Shown here piece by piece: positions 11,201 through 19,940 of a DNA stretch of 64,000 nucleotides. Every line of letters starts with the position of its first letter. Position 1 is the stretch's first letter. Both the position numbers and the translations under genes were made by a program. This DNA is from a virus: IMG/VR virus record IMGVR_UViG_3300022407_006250, positions 1-64,000 of that record. One strand, given 5' to 3'. Under the pieces are notes generated by a model. It saw only the letters and a program-made list of their open reading frames with translations, searched no databases and was not told where the DNA came from.

Positions 11201-12160
11201 GGCACAACTGGACTAACAACAACAGGTGGTCCTGTTACTGGGTCGGGCACAATTACATTGGCTGGGACACTTGCTCTTGCCAATGGCGGTACTGGTGCTA
11301 CTACACAAAGTGGCGCAGCAAACGCAATATTACCCACCCAGACAGGAAATAGCGGTAAGGTTTTAACTACGGACGGTTCAACAGTTTCCTGGACTACTGT
11401 TTCCGGAACAGGCACGGTGACGTCAGTTGGTGCTACTGGAAACAACGGTGTTACAGTTTCTGGCTCACCTATCACTTCAAGTGGCACAATAACTATCGGG
11501 CTTGATAATATTACCCCAATTAACGTTGCGGCAACAGGTACTGTAACCGGTACTAACCTATCTGGTACAAATACAGGCGATCAAACAATTACATTAACAG
11601 GTGATGTTACTGGCACAGGCACAGGTTCTTTTGCTACAACTTTAGCAGACACAACTGTTACAGCTGGTGTATATGGCAGCTCAACACAAGTTCCGGTTAT
11701 TACTGTTGATTCAAAGGGAAGAATAACCAATGTTTCAAATACTGCAATTAGCGGATCGGGGTCTAGTGCACCGGAAGTGGTAGTTTGGCACTATAGCTCG
11801 GGAAATGGCGGCAATTTTTCAGCAGTTGACGCCTTATATTCAGCTACATCAGGTGTAACTCCTGCTATTACAGATGCAGCAAATTGTATTGCTACATATT
11901 CGTTCTCGGGAAAATCAAATCTGCCCAAGTCTATGACAATTTACGGACAGGTTTATTCAACAAATTCCTTCCAAATTAAAACAACCACAAGCTTGGCAAA
12001 AGCAGAGGTTGCAGGCGGCGGAACTGCTGCAACCCCAGATTTAGTTAGCGGAGTATTTAGTGCTTCAAATCTTGTTACATTACAAACAAGAATGTCGGAT
12101 GTCGGTGCTTCTGCCGGTCTCGGACAAAGAGCATGGTTAATAGTTGTTTTTGGATTCTAA
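8255..12160 (+). CDS. long repeat-rich tail fibre/adhesin-like protein
   Basis: 1301 aa with about 10 GTVTSV...GTITL.GTL.I.NGGTGA modules. Confidence 0.8.
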   Translation: MSRAADILLRLGDTNPIVPTSGQISFYAKDNGIFYSLDSNGIETPLFGGTGTVTSIDVGGGTTGLTTIGGPVTTNGTITLTGTLFETHGGTGVNTYITGDMLYASAANTLSKRSIGADGQVLTVSGGVPTWSTVSGTGTVTSVAMTVPDFLSVTGSPITSSGTLAVSLSGTALPIANGGTGANTANSAFNALAPTQTGNAGKFLTTDGTDTSWATISGTGTVTSVEVSGGTTGLTTTGGPVTESGTITLAGILNIANGGTGANTAPEARTNLGATTVGSNFFTLTDPGAVTFTRINADNSVSALDAESFRTAIGAGTSSTTGTVTSIEVSGGTTGLTTTGGPVTGSGTITLAGTLAVANGGTGATELTGYIKGNGTSAFTANNSIPSTDITGLGDLSTINKDNVATHVLLGTGVFGNVPIGGNDTEILFNNLGVSDGSNNFVYNDATSTVKIGGDLNYADSTKLSVVENKDGFGQVLFQNKNAGSNASMNLAIVNNSAGTDYMAIGINSSAFSEVYNTLFELPNAGYISNTTDVIIGAQSDHSSASRTYFTYASGSNALELNEYGALGWGASYNGTLTQANFGTAGQVLVSAGPSAPPAWTNISSSGTVTSVEVSGGTTGLTTSGGPVTESGTITLAGILNIANGGTGANTANSAFNALAPTQTGNSGKFLTTDGTDTSWATISGTGTVTSIEVSGGTTGLTTTGGPVTGSGTITLSGTLAITNGGTGANTAPDARTNLGASIVGGNIFTLANPGAVTYLRVNADNSVSALDADSFRTAIGAGTSSTTGTVTSVDISGGTTGLTTTGGPVTGSGIITLSGTLAIANGGTGANTAPDARTNLGATTIGGNLFTLTNPGAITFPRFNADNSVSALDAASFRTAIGAGTSSTTGTVTSVAMTVPAFLSVTGSPVTSSGTLAVSLSGTALPIANGGTGATTANTAFNALAPAQTGNSGKFLTTDGTTTSWSTVSGTGTVTSVDVSGGTTGLTTTGGPVTGSGTITLAGTLALANGGTGATTQSGAANAILPTQTGNSGKVLTTDGSTVSWTTVSGTGTVTSVGATGNNGVTVSGSPITSSGTITIGLDNITPINVAATGTVTGTNLSGTNTGDQTITLTGDVTGTGTGSFATTLADTTVTAGVYGSSTQVPVITVDSKGRITNVSNTAISGSGSSAPEVVVWHYSSGNGGNFSAVDALYSATSGVTPAITDAANCIATYSFSGKSNLPKSMTIYGQVYSTNSFQIKTTTSLAKAEVAGGGTAATPDLVSGVFSASNLVTLQTRMSDVGASAGLGQRAWLIVVFGF

Positions 12161-12163
12161 ATT

Positions 12164-14200
12164 ATGTCATTTTTAAATATTCCACTAAAGTCAATAGAAT
12201 TAGAACTTGTTTTGGTTGAAGGTATCGAGACAATGCCTTGGTATAACCCTTTGTTATACCCGGTTATACCTCCAAACCCGCAGCCAGCACCTGTGCAAAA
12301 AGACTTTAGATGGGAGGTTGTTTTAAATGTCAGTGAACAGCTACACAGTTCAAATATCACAAGAGACCCCGGCCAATATAACGGCCAAGACATTTCTGTG
12401 GGGCAGTGGATAGCTAATCTTACTACCGGGCAAGCCTGGTTAATTATTTCAATTGAATCTAAAACCACAACCAGTGTAACTGCTATTGTTCAAGACATTT
12501 ATCGGTATAATACATTTAGAAATTCTGAACAGGTTGGAAACGGTGCACCAGCAACAGGCTATTATGTGGCATTCAATATTGGCGACGACGGACTGCCACA
12601 AATTGATCCTATTCCGGCTGCTGGTATTTCGTCATCCTTTGCTCTTAATTTGCAGAGTAGATTTAACTATATTAATTTACAATACAATTATCCGTTATAT
12701 CAGTTAAATAACACATTTGCTGTTAATGACGCTATATCAGCTGACTCAGATACTAATTCTTTTGTATTGTCAGATTCTAATAATCGAGTTGTTATTGGTA
12801 GAGTGACTTCTATATCAGACACAATTCCGGGGTGGTTCACAATCAATCCTGTACAAAAAGTTGTTGACAATTTAAATTATTTGCCCGGTGATGTCAGCGA
12901 CATAATTTATACCTCACTTACTGTACCCGGCGAAATTACAATAACGCCCGGTGGATCTGAATTATATGTAAAATTAAGAAATGATACATCGTCTATATCC
13001 TACAGCACACTACTGGGGCCTACCGCGCCTGGTAGTATATTTCAGCTTAACGGTGTTGATGTCACAGTGGGTGGAACCGGGGTAGCTGCAGATGTTATAA
13101 CTGCGGTAAATTTAGTAGTCAATCAAACCGGTGTTGCTGCACAGTCGGTATTACTTGAGACTACAGTTTCTACCAATAACAGTTTAATTAGCACCACATA
13201 CGGTGAGCCTGCTCTATGGGCAAGCAGTTCTCCGGCTACAGCAACAATTAATGGAACAACAGTAACATTCAATATTACCTCAAGTGATCCCGGTTACGAA
13301 GATTATGCAAGACCCTTACAAATGGTTCAGTCTATTAATGATGCCAATATAACTAATATTGTAGCAACTACTATATCAAGTGATACAGTACTGGTTATCA
13401 CTAATACTGCCGGCGGCAGCATAACAATAGTAAATACAAACAATGATGTAAATGGAGTTCCTTTTGCAGGCACAAATTCGGGATCAGGCCTAGCTTTAGC
13501 AACTCCAGCATCAACTGATTATAGAATAAAATTTACAGCAATTGATGCAAGACCCATCAATTTCTTAGATGTTTCAGGCGCACCGGTACAAGATTTTGGC
13601 CTAATATCAGTTGAAAACGGTACCAAGGCCGCCGGATTATATATTGCAGAAGGCCTAAGAACAAGTACTTCTACAGTTGTTACAAACCTATCTGCACTGT
13701 ATGCACTATCACCGCTTATTGGCGATCAAGCATATGTCATTGACAGTGCTGATTCAGAGGGTAACAATGTAGGCGAATGGAGTTTGTGGTTATATGACGG
13801 GGCCGAATGGGTACAAACAAGTAATCAGGACAGTTCTACCACAGATGCAAAATCTTTGGAATATACTCTTATAACCACAGACCCGGCCAGTATAAATATT
13901 GGATCAATCAGTACAGGACGCAGAATAACATTGATTACAGTTAGTGTCACCGAATCATTTGATACTGAAGCGACATTGTCTATTGGATATCAAGTCATGA
14001 ATCCATCATTGCCAGCACCGGTTCCGGCCGGGCTAATGGTGACCGGATTGATTGACTTGACAGTAGCAGGAACCTATACAACACAAACAGAGGTACTTTT
14101 TGGAACAGACACAGAACAGGGAGATGTAGAAATTACGGGAACATTTGTGAATGCGGGGGCTACAGTGGGTAGTGCTCAAATCATAGTGTCTTACGTATAA
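12164..14200 (+). CDS. putative virion structural protein
   Basis: 678-aa Thr/Ser/Val-rich ORF in the structural block. Confidence 0.65.
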   Translation: MSFLNIPLKSIELELVLVEGIETMPWYNPLLYPVIPPNPQPAPVQKDFRWEVVLNVSEQLHSSNITRDPGQYNGQDISVGQWIANLTTGQAWLIISIESKTTTSVTAIVQDIYRYNTFRNSEQVGNGAPATGYYVAFNIGDDGLPQIDPIPAAGISSSFALNLQSRFNYINLQYNYPLYQLNNTFAVNDAISADSDTNSFVLSDSNNRVVIGRVTSISDTIPGWFTINPVQKVVDNLNYLPGDVSDIIYTSLTVPGEITITPGGSELYVKLRNDTSSISYSTLLGPTAPGSIFQLNGVDVTVGGTGVAADVITAVNLVVNQTGVAAQSVLLETTVSTNNSLISTTYGEPALWASSSPATATINGTTVTFNITSSDPGYEDYARPLQMVQSINDANITNIVATTISSDTVLVITNTAGGSITIVNTNNDVNGVPFAGTNSGSGLALATPASTDYRIKFTAIDARPINFLDVSGAPVQDFGLISVENGTKAAGLYIAEGLRTSTSTVVTNLSALYALSPLIGDQAYVIDSADSEGNNVGEWSLWLYDGAEWVQTSNQDSSTTDAKSLEYTLITTDPASINIGSISTGRRITLITVSVTESFDTEATLSIGYQVMNPSLPAPVPAGLMVTGLIDLTVAGTYTTQTEVLFGTDTEQGDVEITGTFVNAGATVGSAQIIVSYV

Positions 14201-14266
14201 AATAATTATTTTGTATAAATATTAACTGATGGCCAATTGTGGCCACACATATGGAGATTTTTAAAA

Positions 14267-17200
14267 ATGGCAAACGTAAAAAATTATGGTCTTGTTGGCG
14301 TAGGCTCAGCTCTACAGTTCAGCAAGGGCGGTTTAAACCTTTCAACGGAAGGCACAACATTCAGCTTCCAGAATGCAGCCGGTAATGCTGGTGCTTCACT
14401 AAGTGCTGCTGATTTCACAGCATCAACTGGTAACATCACAGCTACTCTAGGTAACATTGTAGCATCAGCTGGTAGCATTACAGCAAACACCGATATCACA
14501 GCATCAACTGGTAACCTTGTTGCTACACTTGGTGACTTAACACTAGGCTCAAACACAGCAGCTATTAGTATCGGTGGCGATACATCAATGAGTCGTAATC
14601 AAGCTGGTGTTTTCCAGTTTGATGGCACTGGTGCAATTGTTCTTCCTAAAGGATCAGATGCACAACATCCAGCAGCACCAGTATCTGGTATGTTCCGTTA
14701 CAACACAGATGCAGACTTGCTTGAGTACTACGGCCCAAATACATGGATCACACTTGCAACAAGCGCACAGGAAGATGTTTACAGCAGAATTACTGACGGC
14801 ACAACAACATCATTTGCTATTGACCCAAGTATTATCACTTTCACTGGTACAACTGGCGTAACAGCAACTGTTGGTGCTGCAAACACAAATACACTAACTC
14901 TAGCAACATCAATCAACGCTGATTCAGCTCTAAAGAACAACGTTGGTACTGGTTCAGCACAGTTAGGTATTCAAGGTACAAGCGGTTATGCACTAATTGG
15001 TGCAGGTGCTGGCGCTGAAGCTGCATTTGGACAGTTGAATATCGCTGGTGGCACAAATGTTACTGGTGTTTTAGCTACCCCTAACGGCGGTACTGGTCTA
15101 GCTTCATTCACTGCTAATGCAGTATTTTATGCTAGCAACACTTCAACAATGGCTCAAAGTTCAGGTCTTATCTTCAACGGTACAGACACACTAACAGTTG
15201 GTTCAGCTGGTTCTGGTACAATTGCTTCAGGTGCTGGCGAGTCACTAACCATCGCTTCTACAGCTGGTGCATTGACACTAAACGTAGCAAGCGGTTCAGT
15301 AGTTACAGTTGGTAACTCAACTGCTGCTCAGTATGCTGCTGCTCTTTCAGCCAACAATGACATTCCTAACTTGCTATATGTTAACACAGCAATTGCTACT
15401 GCTGTTGGTGCAGCATACACTGCTGGTCCAGGTCTATCACTATCAGCTGGTCGTGCATTCAGTGCTAACACAGATGCTGTCACAACATATATTGACGCAA
15501 GCAACAACATTGCTGTCAAGTCATCAACCACAGCTGGTCAAGTTCTAGTATCACAAGGTTCTGGTTCAGCAGCTTACGGCACAGTTAACCTAGCAAGCTC
15601 AAATGCAGTTAGCGGCGTTCTAGCTCCTGCAAACGGCGGTACAGGTATTAACAACACCAACACAATCACTTTAAGTGGTGATGTTTCAACTGGTGGCGCT
15701 TTGACCACAACAAGCACAGTTTCAATCACTGGCGCTTTCTCAACTGCTGCTGCTTTCTCAACAGACAGCACATTCTCAACAGTTGGTGCTTTCAGCACAA
15801 CCGGTGCTTTCACAACAGCCGGTGCTTTCACAACAACTGGCGCAAACAGCTTGTCAATTGCAACAACTGCTAACACATCAGTTACAATGCCAACAACTGG
15901 TACACTATTGTCAACAGACACTATTGCCAACAACGCAGTTACTTCAATCAACTTTGGTACAACTGGTCTAACACCAGCATCAGCAACAAACGGTGCTGTT
16001 ACAGTTGCAGGTACACTAGTACTAGCTAACGGTGGTACAAATGCAAGCTTGACAGCAGTTGAAGGCGGTATTGTTTACGGCAATGCTACATCAATGCAAT
16101 TCTCAACAGCTGGTACATCTGGTCAAGTATTGACATCAGCTGGCGGCCCAACTCCTACATGGACAAGCGTTACTGATCTAAACACACCAAACACCATTGT
16201 TTATCGTGACTCTACTGGCAGCTTCTTGGCTGGTACAGGTACATTTGCTGGTTCAGGCTCTGGTTCAGGTGTAACACTAAACGGTACAGTTACAAATGCA
16301 ACTGACGCTGTTACCAAGGCTTATGTTGACAACGCGATTGAAGGTCTTTCATGGAAGGATTCAGTTGCTGTTTATGCTCCAGTTGATATCAACACAAATT
16401 CAGCACCAGCTGCAATTGACGGTATTACACTAGCAAGCGGACAGCGTGTATTGTTAGCAGCTTATCAAACAGCCGCTGCTGAGCAAGGTATTTGGGTATT
16501 CAATGGCTCTGGTCAAGCAATGACACGTTCCAGCGATGCATCAACAGTTGCAGAATTGCAAAGTGCATCAGTATTCGTTGAGTCAGGTACACAAGCCAAC
16601 ACAGGTTGGGTACAGTCAACAAATCCGCTAGCAAGTTTTGCTGATCAAAACTGGGTTCAGTTCTCCGGTGGTGCAGTTTACGTAGGCGGTAACGGTATTG
16701 TAATCAACGGTGCCACAATTGCTACATCAATCAACGCTGGTTCAGCTCTAACAAACACAGCTAACACAAACCAATTGGGCATCCAGGGCACAAGCGGTTA
16801 CGCACTAATTGGTGCAGGTGCTGGCGTTGAAGCTGCATTTGGTCAATTGAATATTGCTAGCGGTACAAACGTTTCTGGTGTTTTAGCTGCTGCAAACGGC
16901 GGTACAGGTATTAACAACACCAACACAATCACATTAGGTGGCGATATCAGCACAGCTGGCGCGTTCACACTAACTGGTAACAACAGCTTGTCAATTGCAA
17001 CAACTGGTACAACATCAGTTACAATGCCAACAAGCGGCACATTGCTATCAACTGACACAATTGCTGCTAATGCAGTTACTTCAATCAACTTTGGTACAAC
17101 TGGTCTAACACCAGCTACCAGCGCAAACGGTGCTGTTACAGTTGCAGGTACATTGGCTACAACCAACGGTGGTACAGGTCTAACAGCATTTGTTGCTAAC

Positions 17201-17923
17201 CAAGTATTCTACGCTGGTACAACAAGCACAATGGATCAAAGTGCTAACTTGGCATTCAACGGCGCAAGCTTGTTGACAGTTGGTGGTGCAAAGCCTGTAA
17301 CAATCGACGGCGCTAATGCTGCTGTTACTGCTACTGGTACAAACAGCAACCTAACACTTACCTCTAATGGTTCTGGTGCAGTTGTTGTTACAGACGGCAA
17401 GATCAGCTCAGGTGCTAATACTGCAATGACATTGACAGTTACCGCAGGTGACTTATCAGTAAATCTTGCTAATACCGCAGCTATCAATGTTACTGGTGTT
17501 ACAGCAGCAGAGTATGCTGTTGCATTGACTGACACAAGCTTGACCAACAAGTTGTATGTTGACGAAGCAGTCGCTGCCGCAGCTGGTTCATCAAGCCTAG
17601 GTGCTGTTTATGCTCACACTGCATCAATTTCTGGTAACGGTACTGTAAACGTTGGTACTGTAATGCCAGCAGGTGCAACAGTTATGTCAGTTAAGGTTGT
17701 TGTTTCAACACCAGCTGCAGGCGGTTCACTAGTTGTTGGTAAGTCGGGTGCAACTTCTGCTTACATGACATCCGCTGAGAATGATGTTACTGTAACAGGT
17801 ATGTACATGGCTGAAGACTATGTTACAGAAGGTGCTGCAGAGCAGATTATTGTAACTACAGCAGGTGCTGCAGCCCTTGTTGGTAAGGTTATTGTTACAT
17901 TCCAGTTAAGCGAAATTCTTTAA
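14267..17923 (+). CDS. large Ala/Gly/Thr-rich fibre-like virion protein, probably abundant
   Basis: GGAG RBS before ATG 14267; TATAAATA upstream; strongly biased codons (GGT/GCT/ACA/AAC); DAVTKAYVD and NGGTG fibre motifs. Confidence 0.8.
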   Translation: MANVKNYGLVGVGSALQFSKGGLNLSTEGTTFSFQNAAGNAGASLSAADFTASTGNITATLGNIVASAGSITANTDITASTGNLVATLGDLTLGSNTAAISIGGDTSMSRNQAGVFQFDGTGAIVLPKGSDAQHPAAPVSGMFRYNTDADLLEYYGPNTWITLATSAQEDVYSRITDGTTTSFAIDPSIITFTGTTGVTATVGAANTNTLTLATSINADSALKNNVGTGSAQLGIQGTSGYALIGAGAGAEAAFGQLNIAGGTNVTGVLATPNGGTGLASFTANAVFYASNTSTMAQSSGLIFNGTDTLTVGSAGSGTIASGAGESLTIASTAGALTLNVASGSVVTVGNSTAAQYAAALSANNDIPNLLYVNTAIATAVGAAYTAGPGLSLSAGRAFSANTDAVTTYIDASNNIAVKSSTTAGQVLVSQGSGSAAYGTVNLASSNAVSGVLAPANGGTGINNTNTITLSGDVSTGGALTTTSTVSITGAFSTAAAFSTDSTFSTVGAFSTTGAFTTAGAFTTTGANSLSIATTANTSVTMPTTGTLLSTDTIANNAVTSINFGTTGLTPASATNGAVTVAGTLVLANGGTNASLTAVEGGIVYGNATSMQFSTAGTSGQVLTSAGGPTPTWTSVTDLNTPNTIVYRDSTGSFLAGTGTFAGSGSGSGVTLNGTVTNATDAVTKAYVDNAIEGLSWKDSVAVYAPVDINTNSAPAAIDGITLASGQRVLLAAYQTAAAEQGIWVFNGSGQAMTRSSDASTVAELQSASVFVESGTQANTGWVQSTNPLASFADQNWVQFSGGAVYVGGNGIVINGATIATSINAGSALTNTANTNQLGIQGTSGYALIGAGAGVEAAFGQLNIASGTNVSGVLAAANGGTGINNTNTITLGGDISTAGAFTLTGNNSLSIATTGTTSVTMPTSGTLLSTDTIAANAVTSINFGTTGLTPATSANGAVTVAGTLATTNGGTGLTAFVANQVFYAGTTSTMDQSANLAFNGASLLTVGGAKPVTIDGANAAVTATGTNSNLTLTSNGSGAVVVTDGKISSGANTAMTLTVTAGDLSVNLANTAAINVTGVTAAEYAVALTDTSLTNKLYVDEAVAAAAGSSSLGAVYAHTASISGNGTVNVGTVMPAGATVMSVKVVVSTPAAGGSLVVGKSGATSAYMTSAENDVTVTGMYMAEDYVTEGAAEQIIVTTAGAAALVGKVIVTFQLSEIL

Positions 17924-17966
17924 TAGTTAAACACTATTAATTGAACTAGTAACTTAGTTTGAAATG

Positions 17967-17993
17967 AGCCCCGGGTTTATCCCGGGGCTTTTT
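17967..17993 (+). terminator. intrinsic terminator
   Basis: agccccggg-ttta-t-cccggggct followed by T-run. Confidence 0.8.
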
Positions 17994-18017
17994 ATTGGCC
18001 GTTTGATAAATATATGC

Positions 18018-18302
18018 ATGAAAGGATACGTAGACTTTTTTAAACAAATATTACAAACCAGAGACGGACAGTACAGTCTTGCTAGAGTAATCTCTTTGTT
18101 GGTGGCAATTGCTGCCACAGCATTTGTTTGGAAGTTGATTCTCATGGGCGGTTTAACAGTTGATATTTTTATTGCTTACTTGGCTTATGGCACAGGCAAT
18201 CAAACCCTAAACAAATTGCTGGATATACGTGCCGGGGCGTTAACAGGGGCTGGACCTTATTCAAAGCCTGTAGATCCCGCAACAACAGAAACCGAAAAAT
18301 AA
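18018..18302 (+). CDS. small two-TM membrane protein (holin-like)
   Basis: DGQYSLARV followed by two hydrophobic helices; ATG 5 nt after ATAAATA. Confidence 0.55.
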   Translation: MKGYVDFFKQILQTRDGQYSLARVISLLVAIAATAFVWKLILMGGLTVDIFIAYLAYGTGNQTLNKLLDIRAGALTGAGPYSKPVDPATTETEK

Positions 18303-18314
18303 TTTATCAATAAA

Positions 18315-18344
18315 GTGCAGAAATGTTGCACTGCAAGGTAAATA
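18315..18344 (+). promoter_or_regulatory. TGCA-rich operator-like site (PhaR-box-like) abutting a GTAAATA promoter
   Basis: gTGCAgaaatgtTGCAcTGCAaggtaaata. Confidence 0.35.
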
Positions 18345-18421
18345 CAGTTACACTACAGATACTGTGCTCATGGTGAGACAGATCGTTATAGTGGCCTAAG
18401 GGCACTCAAAGGAGAAATACA

Positions 18422-18787
18422 ATGTTTAAATCACTTAATACCCCAGAAGATTACATCAAGATGTCAACCGAATATTTTTCAGCTTTTCCAAAGACTGTTG
18501 ATGAAGTTAAAGTTGTGCTTGAAAAGACAAAGAATGTGTACGAAACTGAAGCAGAAAATGCCAAGTCAGTAATTGCCACATACACCAAGGCTTCACGTGG
18601 TGACGCATCAATTAATGAAATTGCCGCTGCAAACAAGAAGGCACAGGAACTAATGGTCGCAGCACGTTTTGCTGCCATCATGTCAATGCCGGGCGCTGTT
18701 TTTGCACTACCGCTTCTTACAAAGATTTCTGACGAATATAGTTTTGATCTAGTTCCAGCATCTGTAAAGGCTGAGTTTGATCTCTAA
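18422..18787 (+). CDS. small helical protein, C-terminus reminiscent of LETM1-like domain
   Basis: strong AAGGAG RBS; ...MPGAVFALPLL.K....DLVPAS; own terminator. Confidence 0.6.
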   Translation: MFKSLNTPEDYIKMSTEYFSAFPKTVDEVKVVLEKTKNVYETEAENAKSVIATYTKASRGDASINEIAAANKKAQELMVAARFAAIMSMPGAVFALPLLTKISDEYSFDLVPASVKAEFDL

Positions 18788-18801
18788 AATATCAAACTTT
18801 T

Positions 18802-18828
18802 AAAAGGGCCTGTGGGCCCTTTTATTTT
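18802..18828 (+). terminator. intrinsic terminator
   Basis: aaaagggcc-tgtg-ggccctttt. Confidence 0.75.
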
Positions 18829-18855
18829 GACTAACAAAAGATGATAAATAGTATT

Positions 18856-19605
18856 ATGAAAATACTTGAACTGTTATTACCGCAATCACTTAAAGATCGT
18901 GATCTGTCTCCAAAAAGTACTAAAGAAATTGGTGTACTACAAACGCGCATGAGTACATATGTTGATAAAATAATGGATCCTGCAACATCATCAGCAGGTA
19001 AAGAATTTTTGAGAGGCAAGTTAAGAAGCGATTACGATAGTCTAAAGACTGCACTAAAACTTCAGGAAACTCCGGAAGAGGCTCCTGCTAAAAAATGGGA
19101 AGTATACGATCCTAAAACAAATAAAGTTGTAGGTGGCCCATATAGCAGCAGCTCAAGAGCTCGACTTGCCAGGGATAAAAAAGACATTGAATACGGTGCA
19201 ATTAGATATCGAGTTCGTGAAATTGGCGGCAACAGTATCATGGAAGCAGTCACAAAACTACCGTTAACAAATGCAGATTTTGATCTTGTTAAGACTGTTA
19301 TGCAACGACCTATTCCTGCTGTAATTGCATCAATATATATTTCCGATATTATTGAAGATGATGAACTAAATGACATGATAGCATCACTGGAAGATACTGA
19401 GCCCGATAGAGACATTAGGCCACTAATTGTTGATTGGTTTAAAAGAGTCATGCCCGATCAAATGCATCGTTTTGGTCAAGAGGTAGCTGGCGAACAACAA
19501 AGACAGGGTGTATTATCTGTTGTTCATGGTTATGATCCCAAAATGTACAAGGGCGGAACTGATACCGGTACGGAATCTTCGGGTAACGCATACGGCTACA
19601 GATAA
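18856..19605 (+). CDS. hypothetical late protein (MKILE N-terminus)
   Basis: ATG 5 nt after ATAAATA. Confidence 0.7.
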   Translation: MKILELLLPQSLKDRDLSPKSTKEIGVLQTRMSTYVDKIMDPATSSAGKEFLRGKLRSDYDSLKTALKLQETPEEAPAKKWEVYDPKTNKVVGGPYSSSSRARLARDKKDIEYGAIRYRVREIGGNSIMEAVTKLPLTNADFDLVKTVMQRPIPAVIASIYISDIIEDDELNDMIASLEDTEPDRDIRPLIVDWFKRVMPDQMHRFGQEVAGEQQRQGVLSVVHGYDPKMYKGGTDTGTESSGNAYGYR

Positions 19606-19688
19606 TTTAAGAATTCCTTAACTTTCAGAAAGTTTTTTGTTAAACTACTTGCTTTGCTAAGTATAGCAAACACAATCTGAGAGGTTAC

Positions 19689-19940
19689 ATGGCCAAATTA
19701 TCACAAGAAAACGTTCTAAGACTAAAACAACTAATCGCCGATGGCGTACAAGTATTACAAGAGTGCGAAGATTTAAAAGCAGGATTGAGCGATACAGTCA
19801 AAGCCATTTCCGAAGAGCTTGAAGTAAAACCAGCAATCTTAAATAAACTTATTAGAGCTTGTCAAAAAAATACAATGAACGATCAACGCGAAGCGTTTGA
19901 AGAACTCGAAGAGTTATACAAAGCCGGAGGGCTAGGTTAA
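19689..19940 (+). CDS. small dsDNA-binding protein (T4 DsbA/GapR-like)
   Basis: 83-aa helical LK..I......E.EDLK..L.D..K...EEL...P..L.KLIR pattern, directly upstream of the polymerase. Confidence 0.6.
   Translation: MAKLSQENVLRLKQLIADGVQVLQECEDLKAGLSDTVKAISEELEVKPAILNKLIRACQKNTMNDQREAFEELEELYKAGGLG

Noticed and set aside
7127-17550. Long minus-strand ORFs (e.g. 8560-9522, 9970-11487)
   Set aside because: Shadow ORFs antisense to Gly/Thr repeat genes; Val/Pro-rich translations, no RBS or promoter.
6681-17923. Diversity-generating retroelement in the fibre genes
   Set aside because: No reverse transcriptase in the window, and repeat differences are not adenine-specific.
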